Source: Klebsormidium nitens (taxonomy: Eukaryota; Plantae; Klebsormidiophyceae). Taken from it: a stretch of 64,000 nucleotides of DNA. Location: assembly GCA_000708835.1 (NCBI GenBank), contig DF237136.1, positions 38,928 to 102,927 on the forward strand, read 5' to 3'. The notes beneath the pieces are model-generated. The model was not told the DNA's origin and searched no databases. It saw nothing but the letters and a program-made list of their open reading frames with translations. The position numbers were made by a program, and so were the translations under genes. Of the stretch, positions 37,201 to 50,900 are shown piece by piece. Positions within the stretch are counted from its first letter, which is position 1, and each line of letters opens with the position of its first letter.

Positions 37201-39266
37201 GGTGAGCACCGCGGCATCTCCAAACAGAATGTGCTGGCAGCAGCGGCAGCGGCTTTGGATACAGCGTATTGCTGCGTTTTCTCTCGATCATCGGGGTCTT
37301 GGGTCTCTGCGCCGGCAAATTGCTGCCGTCATTGCGACGTTCCATCCAGACGCTGCCGGCTTCTTGTATGGGCCCTCGTTCACATCAAGCTCAATATGTT
37401 CCCTTATTAAGCAAGTTGCCATGATTCGATAAACACAGCCGCCTACTGATTACCCTCGAACGAAGAGCTGGTCTTTGTGTGCTGCACCAGGCGTGATCTT
37501 CTCGATTATCCCCCCCGTCTCCGAAACGTATAAAGATGCATGTTGGTTCCCTTGGCGCAGGCCTTCATTGCGCGCGCCATCAGTTTGCCGTCCCAGAGCG
37601 AGCTGGCGGACATGATGGCGGTGGCGGACCCTGACGCCATCCACGCGGTGCACAAGTTCGTGACGCGCACCATTGCGGCCGAGCTGCGCGCCGAGCTGCA
37701 GCACGCCGTGGACAGCAACCGCACCCGCGACGCCTACAGCCCCGACACCGCCAGCAAGGCGCGGCGCGCGCTCAAGAACACGGCGCTGGGCTACCTGGCC
37801 AGCCTGAACGAGGCGGACATCACAGACATGGCGCTCGCGGACTTCAGGTGAGGCGAGGGCATGCCCCCCGCGGGGTGAAGGGGATTTCCCAGAAATGTCA
37901 GGGAAGAGGGGACCGGGATTCGTGTCGAACTTCGTGAAAGGGCAGGGGAAAGCTTCGCTTCTTTTTGATTGCGAAACAAATGAAGAGGAAATCGCGAAAT
38001 GATGTGTATGAGGAGATAAAGCCAATACCCGAAAACATCGATTGTCTGACAAGAATTTTCTTTGCGACAAGGATTGCAAGCACCTCTTGAGTAACTACAG
38101 GGTCCACAGGTCTCGTCCCATCGGCCTGATCTGCTTGGACGAGACTACTCAGATTGTCTGTTCTTCGGGTGCTTCCTTTCGTCTATCCTAACTGAGTTTC
38201 GGCAATTCGAGAAATTTGTCCTTGTTCCGATCTCTTACTGCGCCGCTGTCGGCTTCTGACCGCTGGCTGCTGCCCGTTCAGGAGTTCCACCAACATGACG
38301 GACCAGCTGGCGGCCCTGGCGGCCCTGGCTGTCAACCCCGGGGAGGCGCGCGACACGGCGCTGGCGGAGTTCTACGAGCAGTGGAAGGGCGACGGCCTGG
38401 TCATGAACAAGTGGCTCGGCATCCAAGCTGCGTCGTCCCTGCCAGGTCAGCGGCGGCTGGGGTGCACGGCAGGGGAGCCAAGGGAGGGCCAACAGTGCGA
38501 TTCATTGTGATTGCGATTCAGTTGTCGATTCGGAGAAATTTTTGGGGCGAACGTATCGTTCAACTCCGCTTCTGAGAATTGCAACGCTTGTACTCTGTCA
38601 TGCAGGCTTAGGCCTTTGTTTGGAGGACGACATGTTGTACCTAGCGTAAGTTGGGTTCTACTTCAAAGCCGCGCCTTCTCCTGACGGGCTGCTTCTCTGA
38701 CAGGCAACGTGGCGCACGTGCGTTCGCTGCTGGAGCACCCCGCGTTCGACATGAAGAACCCCAACAAAGTGTACGCCCTCGTTGGTGGCTTTGCCAGTGC
38801 CGCCGTCAACTTCCACGCGCGGGACGGCAGCGGGTACGAGTTCCTGGCGGAGCAGGTGCTCAAGCTGGACAAGATCAACGCACAGGTGGCGTCCCGCATG
38901 GTCAGCGCGTTCACCCGGTGGCGCCGCTACGACGACGACAGGCAGAGCAAGGCCAAGGTGAGGCGCGCGGTCACGCTAACGCGTCCGGACGGCTGATCCG
39001 TGGTTCTGCATGCTTCTCGAAACAAGGGTCTCTCGATCCAGGATGTGCCAAACTCATATCCTTCTTCATGTCGCTGCAATGGAAGTTGTAGAATGGCTCG
39101 TCTTTGGTTATCGCACGTGGTCCTTTGATTTTGAGGTTTTTACAGGATTTGCAGTGACGCTCTAGTCTTGATTTTGCAGGCTCAGCTAGAACGGATTGTA
39201 CGGACAGAGGGGCTGTCCGAGAATGTGTACGAGATTGTTTCCAAGAGTTTAGAGCCTGCGTCCTAG
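31202..39266 (+). CDS. pepN: M1-family alanyl aminopeptidase N (bacterial pepN-like plant type) with N-terminal organellar transit peptide
   Basis: [14 protein letters not shown]; [29 protein letters not shown]; [17 protein letters not shown]; [13 protein letters not shown]; [26 protein letters not shown] (HEXXH..E); [17 protein letters not shown]; C-terminus [14 protein letters not shown]. Stop 39264-66. The transit-peptide exons are less certain. Confidence 0.95.
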
Positions 39267-40482
39267 GAGCAAGTCTGGAGCCTCATCATGTGACTCACTG
39301 CATTTTTACGCTGTTGACATTCATAATGAAAGGCCGTCAACCCATCTTAGAGGCCTGAGTTGAGCTCTATTTTGATGCGGAGAATTCTTTTCAGGCAATG
39401 AACAGATTACGCTTTCCACGACGCGTTTCTTCTTCTTGGATACTACAGAACCCCTAGTGCAGGCTCGCGCTTTGAGACAGTCTAATGACACTGGTTCGTC
39501 CTTAGAGGGAGTGTGATTCACATGCGTCAAGTTGCAACGTGGATACAGCGGCGCATGCTCCATGATATCAATCCTTACCCTTTGGCCGAATTCAGTGTCT
39601 ACTCTACAGTGAAGCGTGACTCACGACCCCTTGTAATTCGCCTCATCGAATGATCATACATGAATGTCAGGTTCATCATTTTCGAGGTTTTCTCTGGGTT
39701 GGGCATGTGTTCCGGGATTTGCATGCGCCGCAACCAGAATGACGGTTTCATATCTGTACATGGCAACTGTGTTTCTATCTGAAGATTGCGGTGGCGTATA
39801 CATTGCGCGCATGCTGCAGTCGCTGTTTTCGCATGGCGGCGCATGCTCACTGCAATGATGGCAAATGGTATTAAATATATCTTCGATCATGAATGATGGA
39901 TCTGTGCGTACATACAAGCCATAATGACACATGTGCACCTGCCGACGCACGCAATTCTTGCATGCTGCATTGCACCAACTCCGTATAAATCTCAGATAAC
40001 ACAGTTTTCAGTTCAATATGCGGCCCGCCGATATATGGATTGCAGGCTGGCATGCAATCTATACTTTTCAATCAACTCCACATGAAAGAAGCTCAGCGGA
40101 ATGTCAGTGTTCAATTTTGTCGGCGACGCTGAAGTACAATGACAGGTCAAGATTGCAATTTGTATGCAACTGCAATTCGTCACTATCATAGTATGCAATC
40201 TCTGCAGACCAAGCAATGAAATAACCTCACCGACTTTGCTTTCAGTATACAAGTACATGATCAGTGACTCGAGTACCGTGGACCTTTAATAGGTACCTTT
40301 CAGTACAACTCGACCATACCTGGCCTAGCCTTAATGGCTGCTGCGCCGCAACGAAGGACGACCATACCGCAAGCTTCAACCTGACTGCAGTTTCATGGCT
40401 TCGTCTAAGTTCAGCCTTTGACTGTTTACGCGTGCATAAATTTTCTCGAACGAAATGTGAGGAATCTAGGGCCACTCGTTGG

Positions 40483-42986
40483 TCACGCCACTCTTTCCAA
40501 CGTGTGAACGTTTTGAGGAACAGGACACACCGGTAGTGGTGGTGAGATGCTTGCTTCTGCCCCGTTCAACTTCCTCTTCTCGACGGCCGTCAGCTCCTCC
40601 CCCCCTGTCTTGCTTGACATGGACGTACCCCGTGAGAAAGGCCGCTGCTCTTGAGGGGCTGCTGTCGGCTTCTTCTCCTCTGATGTAGAGGCAGCTCCTT
40701 CCGTGACTGGGGGGCCAAACATCCACCGGTATGCATTTCTCCCAGCAACACTCATATCGTTCCGCAGTTGCCGCAGCTGCAAGAAGAACGACATTTCAGT
40801 TGAAAATGGGGAAGGTGCCGTCTGAACCTTGGTCTCAACGTTGCTTGACCAGCTAGACATCATTGTCGGTGCAATGGGCTCCATGATCGTGCAACGTGGA
40901 GGTTGTGGACTCGAGGTGCTGGTTAGAGCTGTTAAAGCCCTCTCTCTCTGCCACCAAGGAAGGAACTGCAGGATATTCAGGGTCAGCAAACGATCGACTT
41001 GAGCCTGCTCGATAAGCCTTGGCAGGTGCCTTACCTGAAGCATGGTTGCCCCGGCTAAATCTGCGGCAGAGTCACCAACATTGGCGAATCTATTCACCCA
41101 AGCTGCACATAACGGGATGTGGCAATTGTAAGGACAAGCAGCTTCTCGGGACACCGCTATTCGACAGTGCAACGCTCTCCCATTGATCCTTGCTACCACT
41201 CTAGGAAAGTACATTCAGCTTACTGAGTTCACTTCGAAAATCTATCAAATGCAGCAACACCTGTCGATTTACAAGTTGATGCCAAATCAAACGATGATTC
41301 AAAATGGCTTCAGAGATTTGGACACCGGCAGGTCGCCTAGCGGGAGAGGGCTTCAACGGTGCAGCTTTCCTGGTATGACTTTCACAAAGAGGGGATTGTA
41401 ACCGAGAAGGGGCCCTCACCTGGTATGAGCCCCACCCCAAGCCGTTTACTGAACTCATCACAGAAGTGGTTGCAGTTTTTTGCCAGCAGGTCATATGAGC
41501 TGCAGGGAACGTGGACAGATAAGTGAGGCCATTTTGAGAGTGCGGTCTGCCAGGTGTGTGGAGTGCGCTCATCGCCATAGAAACAAGTACAGAAGCTGCA
41601 CAACTGCACCTGGCTGCAATGTTCAGCTCCTTACTTTGCAGAAGCTCTGGAAACCTTCAGTTTATCCTGAACCAAACGTGTGCAATTCCAAACTCCTCTC
41701 CCCACTTTGTAGTCTTTAGTTACCCGACCCCCTCTCCTTTTTTTTTGGTGCCGCAGGAAAAACCTGAGACTCAGAGAATGTCACGTGGAGGCGTTGGAGC
41801 TCAACAGGAGAAGTCCGCTCACACCGAGTCAAAGCTGGCTGCGATGGGTAGAAAGAATGGGGCCCACAGATACCAAGAAATGATTTCCTTTGTGATACTT
41901 GACAAGCAGGCCTTACTCAGAACCACAGTGGGCACAATGACCTGCAAGCAGACCGGATGAACAATCTTGGAAATAGAAGCGAACTGACAGCACCCTTGTC
42001 TGCGTCTTGCCATTCTGACCACAAGGTTTAACAACTGGGACTATGTAAAAGACTGCTGGGCTCCCCAAATGTCAGAATCAGGCACAGTCCAGGACCCCAC
42101 CTGCCGGGCCACTCCTTGGAGAGGGCCACCAGGATCTGGCGCACTTTCTGCTGGTCGAATGCTGTCATGCCCAAAGGTATGGACTCGCGGTACTTGTACA
42201 TGGGGTTCTGCTTGGGGGGGCAGGAGAACACCCCTGACCCATCCTCGCAGTACCCAAACGACCATTCCTCCCCGTAGACCTGCACAACACCAAAGGCGAT
42301 TGCATAAGGTCCCTCTGAAGACAAGGCTGCTCAGATTGGCAAAGGAGGGCATGCTCTGGTCGTTTGCCTTTCACGTGGCTTGATTTTGAATCGACCATAC
42401 TATACTCGCTAGCAACTAATCATACTGCTGACTTGGTTCGTCAGCAAAAAAACTATGTTTGCCTGTCCAGAAAGCGAGCACAAACCTGAAAGCAAAGTCA
42501 TTCAAGACCTTGGATGCAGGGTGCGAGCCCATTGGATAACCCACTCGAGTTTCAAAACAAAGTATTCGAGAAATGCAAACGCTTTAGTTCCTTGTCCAAA
42601 GGCTTGGTTTTAGTTCCACTGCTCTGATTGCACCGTGCTTGGAAACCCTGCAAACTTTGTGATAGAGTTACATGAGGCAGCAATCTCTTTTGGGGGCAAC
42701 AACAAAGGTTGGGCAATCCAGGAATCAAACACTTCTGCCTGGAAGTGCGTCGCACGGGCAGCACTTCAATAACTGGGGCCACTTACTCGCGCAAAGAATG
42801 CCCCCTGAAATCAGCCTTTGAGGTTCCATCATTGACAAATCTTACCTCAATCGCTCCATGGAAAATCCCTCCAATGCCGAGAGCGTCCCTGGTGATCCGG
42901 TTGATTCGTAAGATGTTCGCATTCGTGGAAGGAGTAGAATTTGTAACGTCATACACATGCAGGGTGGCCATGGAGACGTCAGCCAT
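40483..42986 (-). CDS. PPPDE / DeSI (deSUMOylating/deubiquitinating isopeptidase) family peptidase
   Basis: LHVYDVT..LGIGGIFHGAIE|VYGEEWSFGYCEDGSGVFSCPPKQNPMYKYRESI..EWPG|.SYDLLAKNCNHFCDEF..G|WVNRFAN. Catalytic His (FHG) and Cys (NCNHF) are present. The C-terminal end is less certain. Confidence 0.92.
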
Positions 42987-44013
42987 ATAGCCACCTTCAC
43001 GCACTCCCTGCCGCTGCGGCTTCAGAAAGGGATTGGAAGGTGAACAAGACGCCTTCGAATCTGAAATGCACTTCTTGCACGGAGTCGAGATCCGAGAGAA
43101 TAGGTCCCCTACCAACCTACGGTACCGTAGTGGGGCAGAACCCTAATTTCGTCGAGCCTCATATAGGTCGGTACCTACTCGGCCATGTGCGTGACTCATG
43201 GGACTTGGTGCAGGTTCAAGTTCAACCTCGCTGGTTGCTGCGCAGGACAGATGAGGATCAGGAGCAAATTGGAGCATGGGCAGCATCCGGGCAGCATGGT
43301 GCAACATGATCCAGGGCACAGCTATATAGGGACAAAAGGAACGAAGAGAGGACCAAGATCAACCAGGGGCGGCCATCATGACGTTTGAGCGCGTCAGTGG
43401 GGAATGTATGAGCCAGCGTGAAGTCAAGGCAGCAAAAGGCAATCCTCTGGAGACAATGAAGAAGTTTCTTATATGATGATCCGCACATGATGGCACTAGT
43501 GCTGCGTTTCAGACACGGGCCGTCCGCCCAATCCTGTGTGCAAAAGGTCACGAAGAAGGTGCGGCTTTTACTGATCAGCGGTTTAAAATTTGCCTCATCC
43601 TTGTCAGACTTCATTGGAGTGAATGTAGGCAAGGGAGCTGGGTTTGACAGCTGCATTGCAGCTTGGATCTCTACGCATTATTTACATGTTGAGTTTTGTT
43701 CCCTCTTTAGCTCTCTGCTAAATCACGCATATCACCCAACTCATGGTTTTGAAAGATGCCTTTATGCTACATGGCACAGCACTATGCATGGCTTCAATGC
43801 GTGTTTGTGCCTGGGGCAGCAGGCGTAATGGTATTCTCTGCGGTGGTTGGCACCTCCAGGATATGACTGCGGCAAATCTGTTAACTCCAAAGCCGAGCCC
43901 CGAATCGTTCACAGGCGACAGACAGCCGACTCATCGTCCAACCTAGGTGACCCCCCAGCTTAGGGCCTGCGGCAGCGCGCTGCCAGCAATCGCCCTCCGA
44001 GATCGCATTGCCG

Positions 44014-46639
44014 ATGGGATGCATAGGGTCCAAGAATGTGACAGAGACGAGACGACCCCCCGGATACGAGGAGCCTGAAGTTCTGGCCAGTGAAACAGCA
44101 TGTAAGTGGCACCGCGTCTCCTTGGCTTGCCCGCAGGGCCATGTGCTTCTTAGAACCCAGCTTCCAAATGATTCTGTGCCGCAAGTGTTCTCAACTTCAT
44201 CATTGGTGGTCAAGATTATAGCATGCTCACATGACGCTTAAGTCCTACATGTTGCAAAGCAGTGTGTCTTTCTTTGGCGGTTTGTTCTGTTGGTCACCCA
44301 CCCAGTGTCCCTGGAGCCTCGTTACAGACCCTTGTCTGCAGCTCCTCGCTCGAAGCTGTAAGTTTTAAGACCTGCCTTGGTGGCTCTCAGCTGATGTCTC
44401 TGTTCCCACGGTTATGCAGTTTCTGTTAGCGAGGTTGAAGCGCTTTATACACTCTTCACCAAAGTGAGCAACAGCATCATCACAGATGGGCTCATTCACA
44501 AGGTAAGACAACCACGGCGATAGTATAGCTGTCAAAAGCCTTATTGCACCACTGATGACCTGCCATTTTTAAGTGGATGGGTTATTTTGGTTCAGCATGT
44601 GCAGCATCCATCATGCCAATGTTGCCGATTGGCAGCTGGGGCTAGGTGGTCAGAGGGGCATGATTGGTGATTGTTGTGTCTGTTCTATTCAGGAGGAGTT
44701 CATGCAGGCCCTCTTTAAGAATAGCAACACAAACAACCTCTTCGCAGAAAGGGTGAGCCCTCTCGACCTTTGCCAAATGTGAGGATGTCAAGGTCTTAAA
44801 TTGCTGCCATTACCTTTGCAAGACGAGCGGCGTTTTCCATTTCTATGTCCCAATTGCCGGTTGCTTCAGGTTATTGCATGTCCAACTTGGGAGCCTAGCA
44901 GTCAGTATTTCCACGTACTGCTCGAGTTCAGCAAACCAACAGTTTTTGTATCTTGGTACATGTGACACAGTGCTTGTCAGGCACAACCTCTCTGGCCGGT
45001 TGCACTCGGCACAGCAAGACGTGGTCTGTTTGTGAGGCAGATTAATCCAGTCTTTTCCAAGAAAGAGGGAGACACAGCCAACCTTTCCTAGTGGAGACCA
45101 ATTTTTAGATCCAGGGCAGAGAGCTAACAGTACACACATCCCTGAACCCTCAACTGCAGGTTTTCGAGCTGTTTGACATCAAACGCAATGGCGTCATCGA
45201 GTTTGGCGAGTTCGTGCGCTCCCTCAGCGTGTTCCACCCCAGGGCCCCCACCAACGACAAGCTGGCCTGTGAGGCGGCGCGCCCCGATGTCTCTCCAACA
45301 CCTGCCTGCCACACTTGCGCTGCGCCTACTACTGCCCAATAGGGCAGCTGTGGAAACAGGGTGTGCCTGCTCAGGACGGCCGTGGTTCTCAGACCAGAAC
45401 CGGACGATGCGACCTTCTTTTCTCCGGCTGCGAATCTGGACTCTTCCGTTTCCCTTGTCAATCGCTCACCCTTTTGGTGCTACTGCAGTTGCATTCAAGC
45501 TTTACGACCTGCGCCAAACGGGGACGATTGATATCGTCGAGGTGCGTTGCCTAGCCACTCCGGCTCACCACGACTCGTTGCATGTGCTGACACCTGTCCT
45601 TGAAAGAGCCGCTGCACAACGCAGCAATTTCCATTTAAGCGCTGGCCGGACCATCAGGCGATGGCATCCACACTCGAGAGTTGTCAATAAGAGCTGTCTT
45701 TCAAGGAGGTACAGTGCTTTGTTGACATGCAGTGCGAAGCGTGCTGGACTTCGAAGCAAGGCCAGCCGCTAACACATGTTGCTGTGCGTGCAGGTGGAGA
45801 TGATGCTGACTGCGTTGATGAAGGAGACACCCGACCTGGACTTCTCCGACGAGGTCATCCGCCACATTGTCGAACAGGTCAGGCCCGCAACACTAGCGGG
45901 AATGAATGAGTCGCTCGAAGGGAGGGCGCTTTATGGGGTTTCGCTCCTCGCGTTGAGTTTCCAAGTCGGTAAACACGGAGGTGGTCGTTCAACTGCTGGA
46001 CTCTTGGATGGCTATTCGCAGCCGTCTATCTGTGAAGGCGCCCTCGCCACTTCCTGCTTTGCTTTTCACCCTCTGGTTGACTGCATCCAGAGGCGTTTTA
46101 GTGGCAAACAACCGCAGAGGTAACGCGTGTGGTGTGGGTCCGGTGCAGACCTTTGCGGAGGCGGACACGAACCAGGACGGCAAGATCGACCAGGAGGAGT
46201 GGGCGGTCATGGTGGAGAAGCACCCCAACATCCTCAAGAACATGACGCTGCCCTCGCTCAGGTACGCCCGCAGCGGGGCCCCGCCTCAACGGCGGCAGGC
46301 ATCATTAGTACACCCGGGAGTGGCTTTCCGTCCAACCCCGTAACTTGTTGGACTTGGAGTTGTGGCGTATATTTTGCAGGTGACGTTTTGTTGAGCACAG
46401 AATAAAACCACAGAAATGATTTGAACAGGTATTTTCGCGTTTGGCATACCTCAATGTGTTGAATGCGTTATTCAGCTTTTGGCGTAGCTGAATGTGTTGC
46501 ATGCATGCATCAGCTTGTTTAGGCTGCCGTTTAAAGTAATGACTAACGATTCTCGCGCAAGTGCAGGGACATTACAAGCGACTACCCGTCCTTTATCTTC
46601 CAATCGGGAGTCGATGATGCCCCTATGGATGACGAGTAG
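44014..46639 (+). CDS. CBL: Calcineurin B-like calcium sensor, MGC-type (myristoylation/S-acylation motif), 8 exons
   Basis: [22 protein letters not shown]|[21 protein letters not shown]|EEF (extended EF1 loop)..[65 protein letters not shown]|[11 protein letters not shown]. Stop 46637-39. Confidence 0.96.
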
Positions 46640-47954
46640 ATAATGAGGGCGGGCTTTAGAAAAGGGGGGGGGCTGTTTTCAACGAAGTGCGGTGCTGCAG
46701 CTTTGCTCCTAGGTGTTGAGAGAGAAACATTCATTGCAGAAGAGTTTTCGACATTTGACACAATCCAATTAATCTGCAGAGACGAAGTTTGTGAAACTTC
46801 AGCTTCTTGCCTACTTATGTTTTACCCCTTGTGGGAGCCGGTGACCAGAATTCGAGCAATCCCAGATCGACTCGTTGTTGTATTTTAGATGTGTCGACCA
46901 TGTGCGACTTCAGTTTTGTAACTTGAAGCTTGATGGGTCAATAGAGACAACGCAAAAGGCTGGGCCTATGCGACCAAAAGTGCGAGCTAGTCGGAAAGCC
47001 AGCTACAAAGGTCTCCAAGCGGCACTGAACCATGTAATCGATCATTGATTTCAGTTGAAGAAGGATGACTTCTGCCGGAAGTTGAACCGGGCAAAGGACT
47101 GCTAGCTAGTGCTTTTCTCTTTTCATGCAAAACGGCGTATAGCCACTCGCGACTGTCGAGTCAAATTTTTTGAATATGCAGTAGAACTTTCTGGCATATA
47201 TTGATAAGCGAACTGCCCAGGCAAATACGGACATGCATGACTATAAAATTGTCGTGATCGATTCTATATATTTTGCGAGGTGGCTGGCCGTAGGCCGGTC
47301 AGCTCCAACGTTTCAGCTAGGTATAGGACGGTCGTGATTAACTCCATCGACTCACTCCGACTCGTCTAAAGCAAGTATGTCAGTCCATAATTTGATACAA
47401 AGTATGATCATTCGCTGCGGCTCACGGTTGCTGCACGCGCTCAGTCATATAAGGACGCATGCAAAGGCCGAATTTTGATATATTGCACATCAGTCGCTGG
47501 CAAGAGCTATATATGTCCGGTTGCATATGTACCCTGCATGGCGGCGATGATTGCAAGACCGGTATACACAGACTACGTATACAGAGTTCCAATGCGCATT
47601 CGGACACGTCCACGTGAACTGTGACAGCCTCGAATAAGCATGTCTTATTATTGCCTAGTTGTACAAGCAACTTTCAACCTTTTCTTGTTCAGGCCCGATC
47701 AAGAGAGGCCGTAAAGCTTCAACGAAAGCATACTGAATATATGTACAAGCGAATGACTGCCTCGTTGCGCCGCAGTGCCATTCTTTGCCAGCGAACCCAA
47801 ACCATAATTATTGACGATGATCACCCTAAGCTGGCGGCCCACGACAGCGACGAAGAGAGCGCTGCATCTACCGTACACCCCTTTATAACAACTCATTACC
47901 TGCTTACCTTTTCAATGACATGGAGCTGACCAAGCTCCATGTAGGGGGCCTCTG

Positions 47955-50900
47955 TCACGTGGCAGGTCCGGTAGCAGGCCCCTCATCCCCGGTTGCAACC
48001 GCCCCGTTGGTGCTTGCAATGGCTGAGGCCTTGGAGGCACTCCCGTCCATGGCACTCAGCTCCGACTTCCAAATGATGTCGGTGCACTTTTGACACAGCA
48101 GCTTGTAGAACTGGTAGACAACAACACGGAGGTCAGGGGCGAGGTTTGGCTGTCGGCAAGCTGGAGGGCACCCGTGGAAACTTGTGGACCAGATAACTCC
48201 GCCGTCCCCTCAAGCGACTCCTTCGTACGCCAGACGTGAGCGTGCCGAGGCACTCCAGCACACCCCCGCCCTCCTCCTTGAAAGCGACGGTGACGAGCGG
48301 GCGCTCACCTTGTGGTACTCGAGCGTGTCGCCGCCGGCCTTCCTGACCTCGACCATGTGTAGGCCGGGCGCCATCTCAAACACCTCGACGGCCACCTGCA
48401 AGATGCCCTTGTGCGACGCGGAGCGGCCCTCCATCCGAATCTGCACATGCCACGCACACGCCCGCCGCAATCAGTGATCACGGTCAGGGACTTGGAGGCT
48501 TGCCGCATGCACCAGAGCTCAAAGCCAAACGAAGGTGCGCGCACCAAGCGGAAATAGAAAGTGCTCCCTTTGACCTGCGGTACGCTCTGCATCTAAATAC
48601 TGAAACTTTGAATGGAGAGCTGCAGTTTGAACTTTTACAACGCGTGGCCTGCCATCCGAAGCTGCCGTCTGTGCCTCACGCCGGCTGCAGTCCATGAGCG
48701 GTACCGGTGCTCGGACCGCCAGGGCAGGGGGTCTGGAGTATACCTTGTAGTTGCGAGTGGCGACAGTGAAGCCGGCTGCGCTGGCAGCGGTAGCAATCTT
48801 TTGGACAATCTCCTTGGCGGGCCGCTTGGACGTGAAGCGCGTCTGCCGCTTCACCATGTGGTCCTGAGCGCGAAAAGTGGAACGAATCAGCACATCGCTG
48901 CAGGATAGGCCAGACCGTTGTAAGCGATGGCAAAGTGGAGGAACCGAACGTGAGGGTGACGGGTCGCGAGGCGAAGTCGGCAATCGTCGGTGCTCAATGC
49001 CGGACCATTAAAAAGTATCGGGGTTGCTCCTGATGCGGCGAGGCCATCGGCGTGGGCAGGCACAGCTATTGGAGCGGGCGGGTGCACGCACCTGGCGCTT
49101 CTCGAAGAAGGTGGAGAGGTTGAGGCCCTGCGAGAGGGTGATGAGCTCGAAGGCATTCATCAGGTGCGGCTTGACCTCCTTTTGCTCCTTCTGCTCGCTC
49201 ACGTGGCTGTCCTGCACGCCGCATGACAATAGCGACCAGTGAGGTCAGCCTGTCAACGGTATCGGAAAAGCAAGGCATCAATCCAAGGAGACTTGAGTGA
49301 GAGCAGACGACTATACATTGCATAGGCAAAGGAGGCCGATGAGAAGGGATGATATTGATGAGGTTCAAAGGCTCGGAATGCAGAACCGAACGGGCGAGCA
49401 ACTTGCCACAGGAATTAGAGAAAGCTGTCTGCTTTAATGCATCGGGCAATTCAGTTGACGGCTGAGAAGGGCGGTGACTGGTCGGTGCGGGCCAGACGAT
49501 GTCGGCAGTACCTCGTTATTGCCAAACACGGCGGCCACATCGTCGGAGTCGTCGGTGTTCTCCTCGAGGGGCTGCACTGGGTGGTACCCCTTGGTGAACC
49601 AGGGGTCGTTGCGCAGCCCGCTCACGCGAATCCGCTGCACGGCAAACAAGAGGAAACGGCGGCTGAGAAGGAACAAGATAAAGCGACGGGGCCTGATTTA
49701 GTACAAGGCAAGCGTTGGTAGTACGGACAATCCGTGCGATGTTGTTCCCAGGTTTTGTCAGCAAAAGCCGGGAACGATAATCGGTTCTTAACGAAAGCAG
49801 TGAGCGGCTCACCGTCTTAGGATTGGGGTCGAGCAGCTTGCGCAGGACGGCTTTGACGCCCAGTGAGAACCAAGACGGACAGGTGAAGTCAGCGCGGTGG
49901 ATCTGCAGCAGCGGGAGGAACGGAGCGGATGAGGAAGAGAGACGACACAGTCGCTCAACCCGTGTCAATGACTGAAACGAGTGCCCCGAAAGAAAGTCGA
50001 GGTCAAGTGATCCAGCGCCCCCAAAGACTTGAATCACAAATATTAGTATGATTTTTCGGTGCAGATGAGCACCTGTCCATTTTCAGCAGGATGGAGAGCA
50101 GACAGGACAGTCCCCAATTTGTGCACCAGACCACCCCTCAGATAATTGGACCATCGATGACCCAGAGAACGAGCCCCGAGGTCGCACCTTTTTATAGAGC
50201 GTCATGAGGTCCTGCTCATCAAAGGGCAGGTAGCCTGCCATCAACACGTACAAAATGACCCCGCACGACCAGATGTCAGCCAGGGCCCCGTCGTAGCCCT
50301 TGTCATTCAGCACCTGCAGAAGAGCAGACACAGCAGACTTCAAGGATGGGTGCGTTCAGGTAGCTTCTACATCTCTACGTGTTAGATAACTGGTTGGATC
50401 CGCCAGTCTTCTTTCATTATCTTCTGACAGCATCCCTTACTGAAACGTGGTGATCGTTGATCTGTTCTTACACTCGGACTTAGCAGTCCTCCCTACAGAG
50501 CTCCTCGACCTTGGTCAAAACTCAAGAAGCCGCACCCGGCACGGGTGGCAGGAGCACCCACCTCGGGAGCAACGTAGTTGGGGGTCCCGCAGGTGGTGTG
50601 AAGGAGGCCGTCATCCTGCATCATCAAATGACTTTCATGAAAATCAGAAGTAAGCTTCTTATTGTGTTGGACACATGGAACAACAGCGGGAGAGGTTATC
50701 TGAATCAACACTTCGAAACCATGGCAGTGCCCGTGGTGGCGGAGCAGCAGTTGGAAAACGGCCGCACCTGGACTTGCATGGGCAATGCACTCAGTCCAAA
50801 GTCTGAGATCTTCAAGTTCCCCTTGGCGTCCAGGAGAAGGTTCTCGGGCTGCAAGAGGTATACAAGAGAGACCTGGGGTGAGGAAAATCGTCAAAGAGGG

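Noticed and set aside
43117-43130. Palindrome CTACGG-TA-CCGTAG equal to the joined ends of the 5604-5877 MITE (similar TACCGT..ACGGTA at 260-274)
   Set aside because: Several 14-bp palindromes are expected by chance in 64 kb, and no other element sequence is adjacent.
43470-43575. Possible C/D snoRNA (TGATGA...CTGA)
   Set aside because: No terminal stem and no recognisable rRNA-complementary guide.
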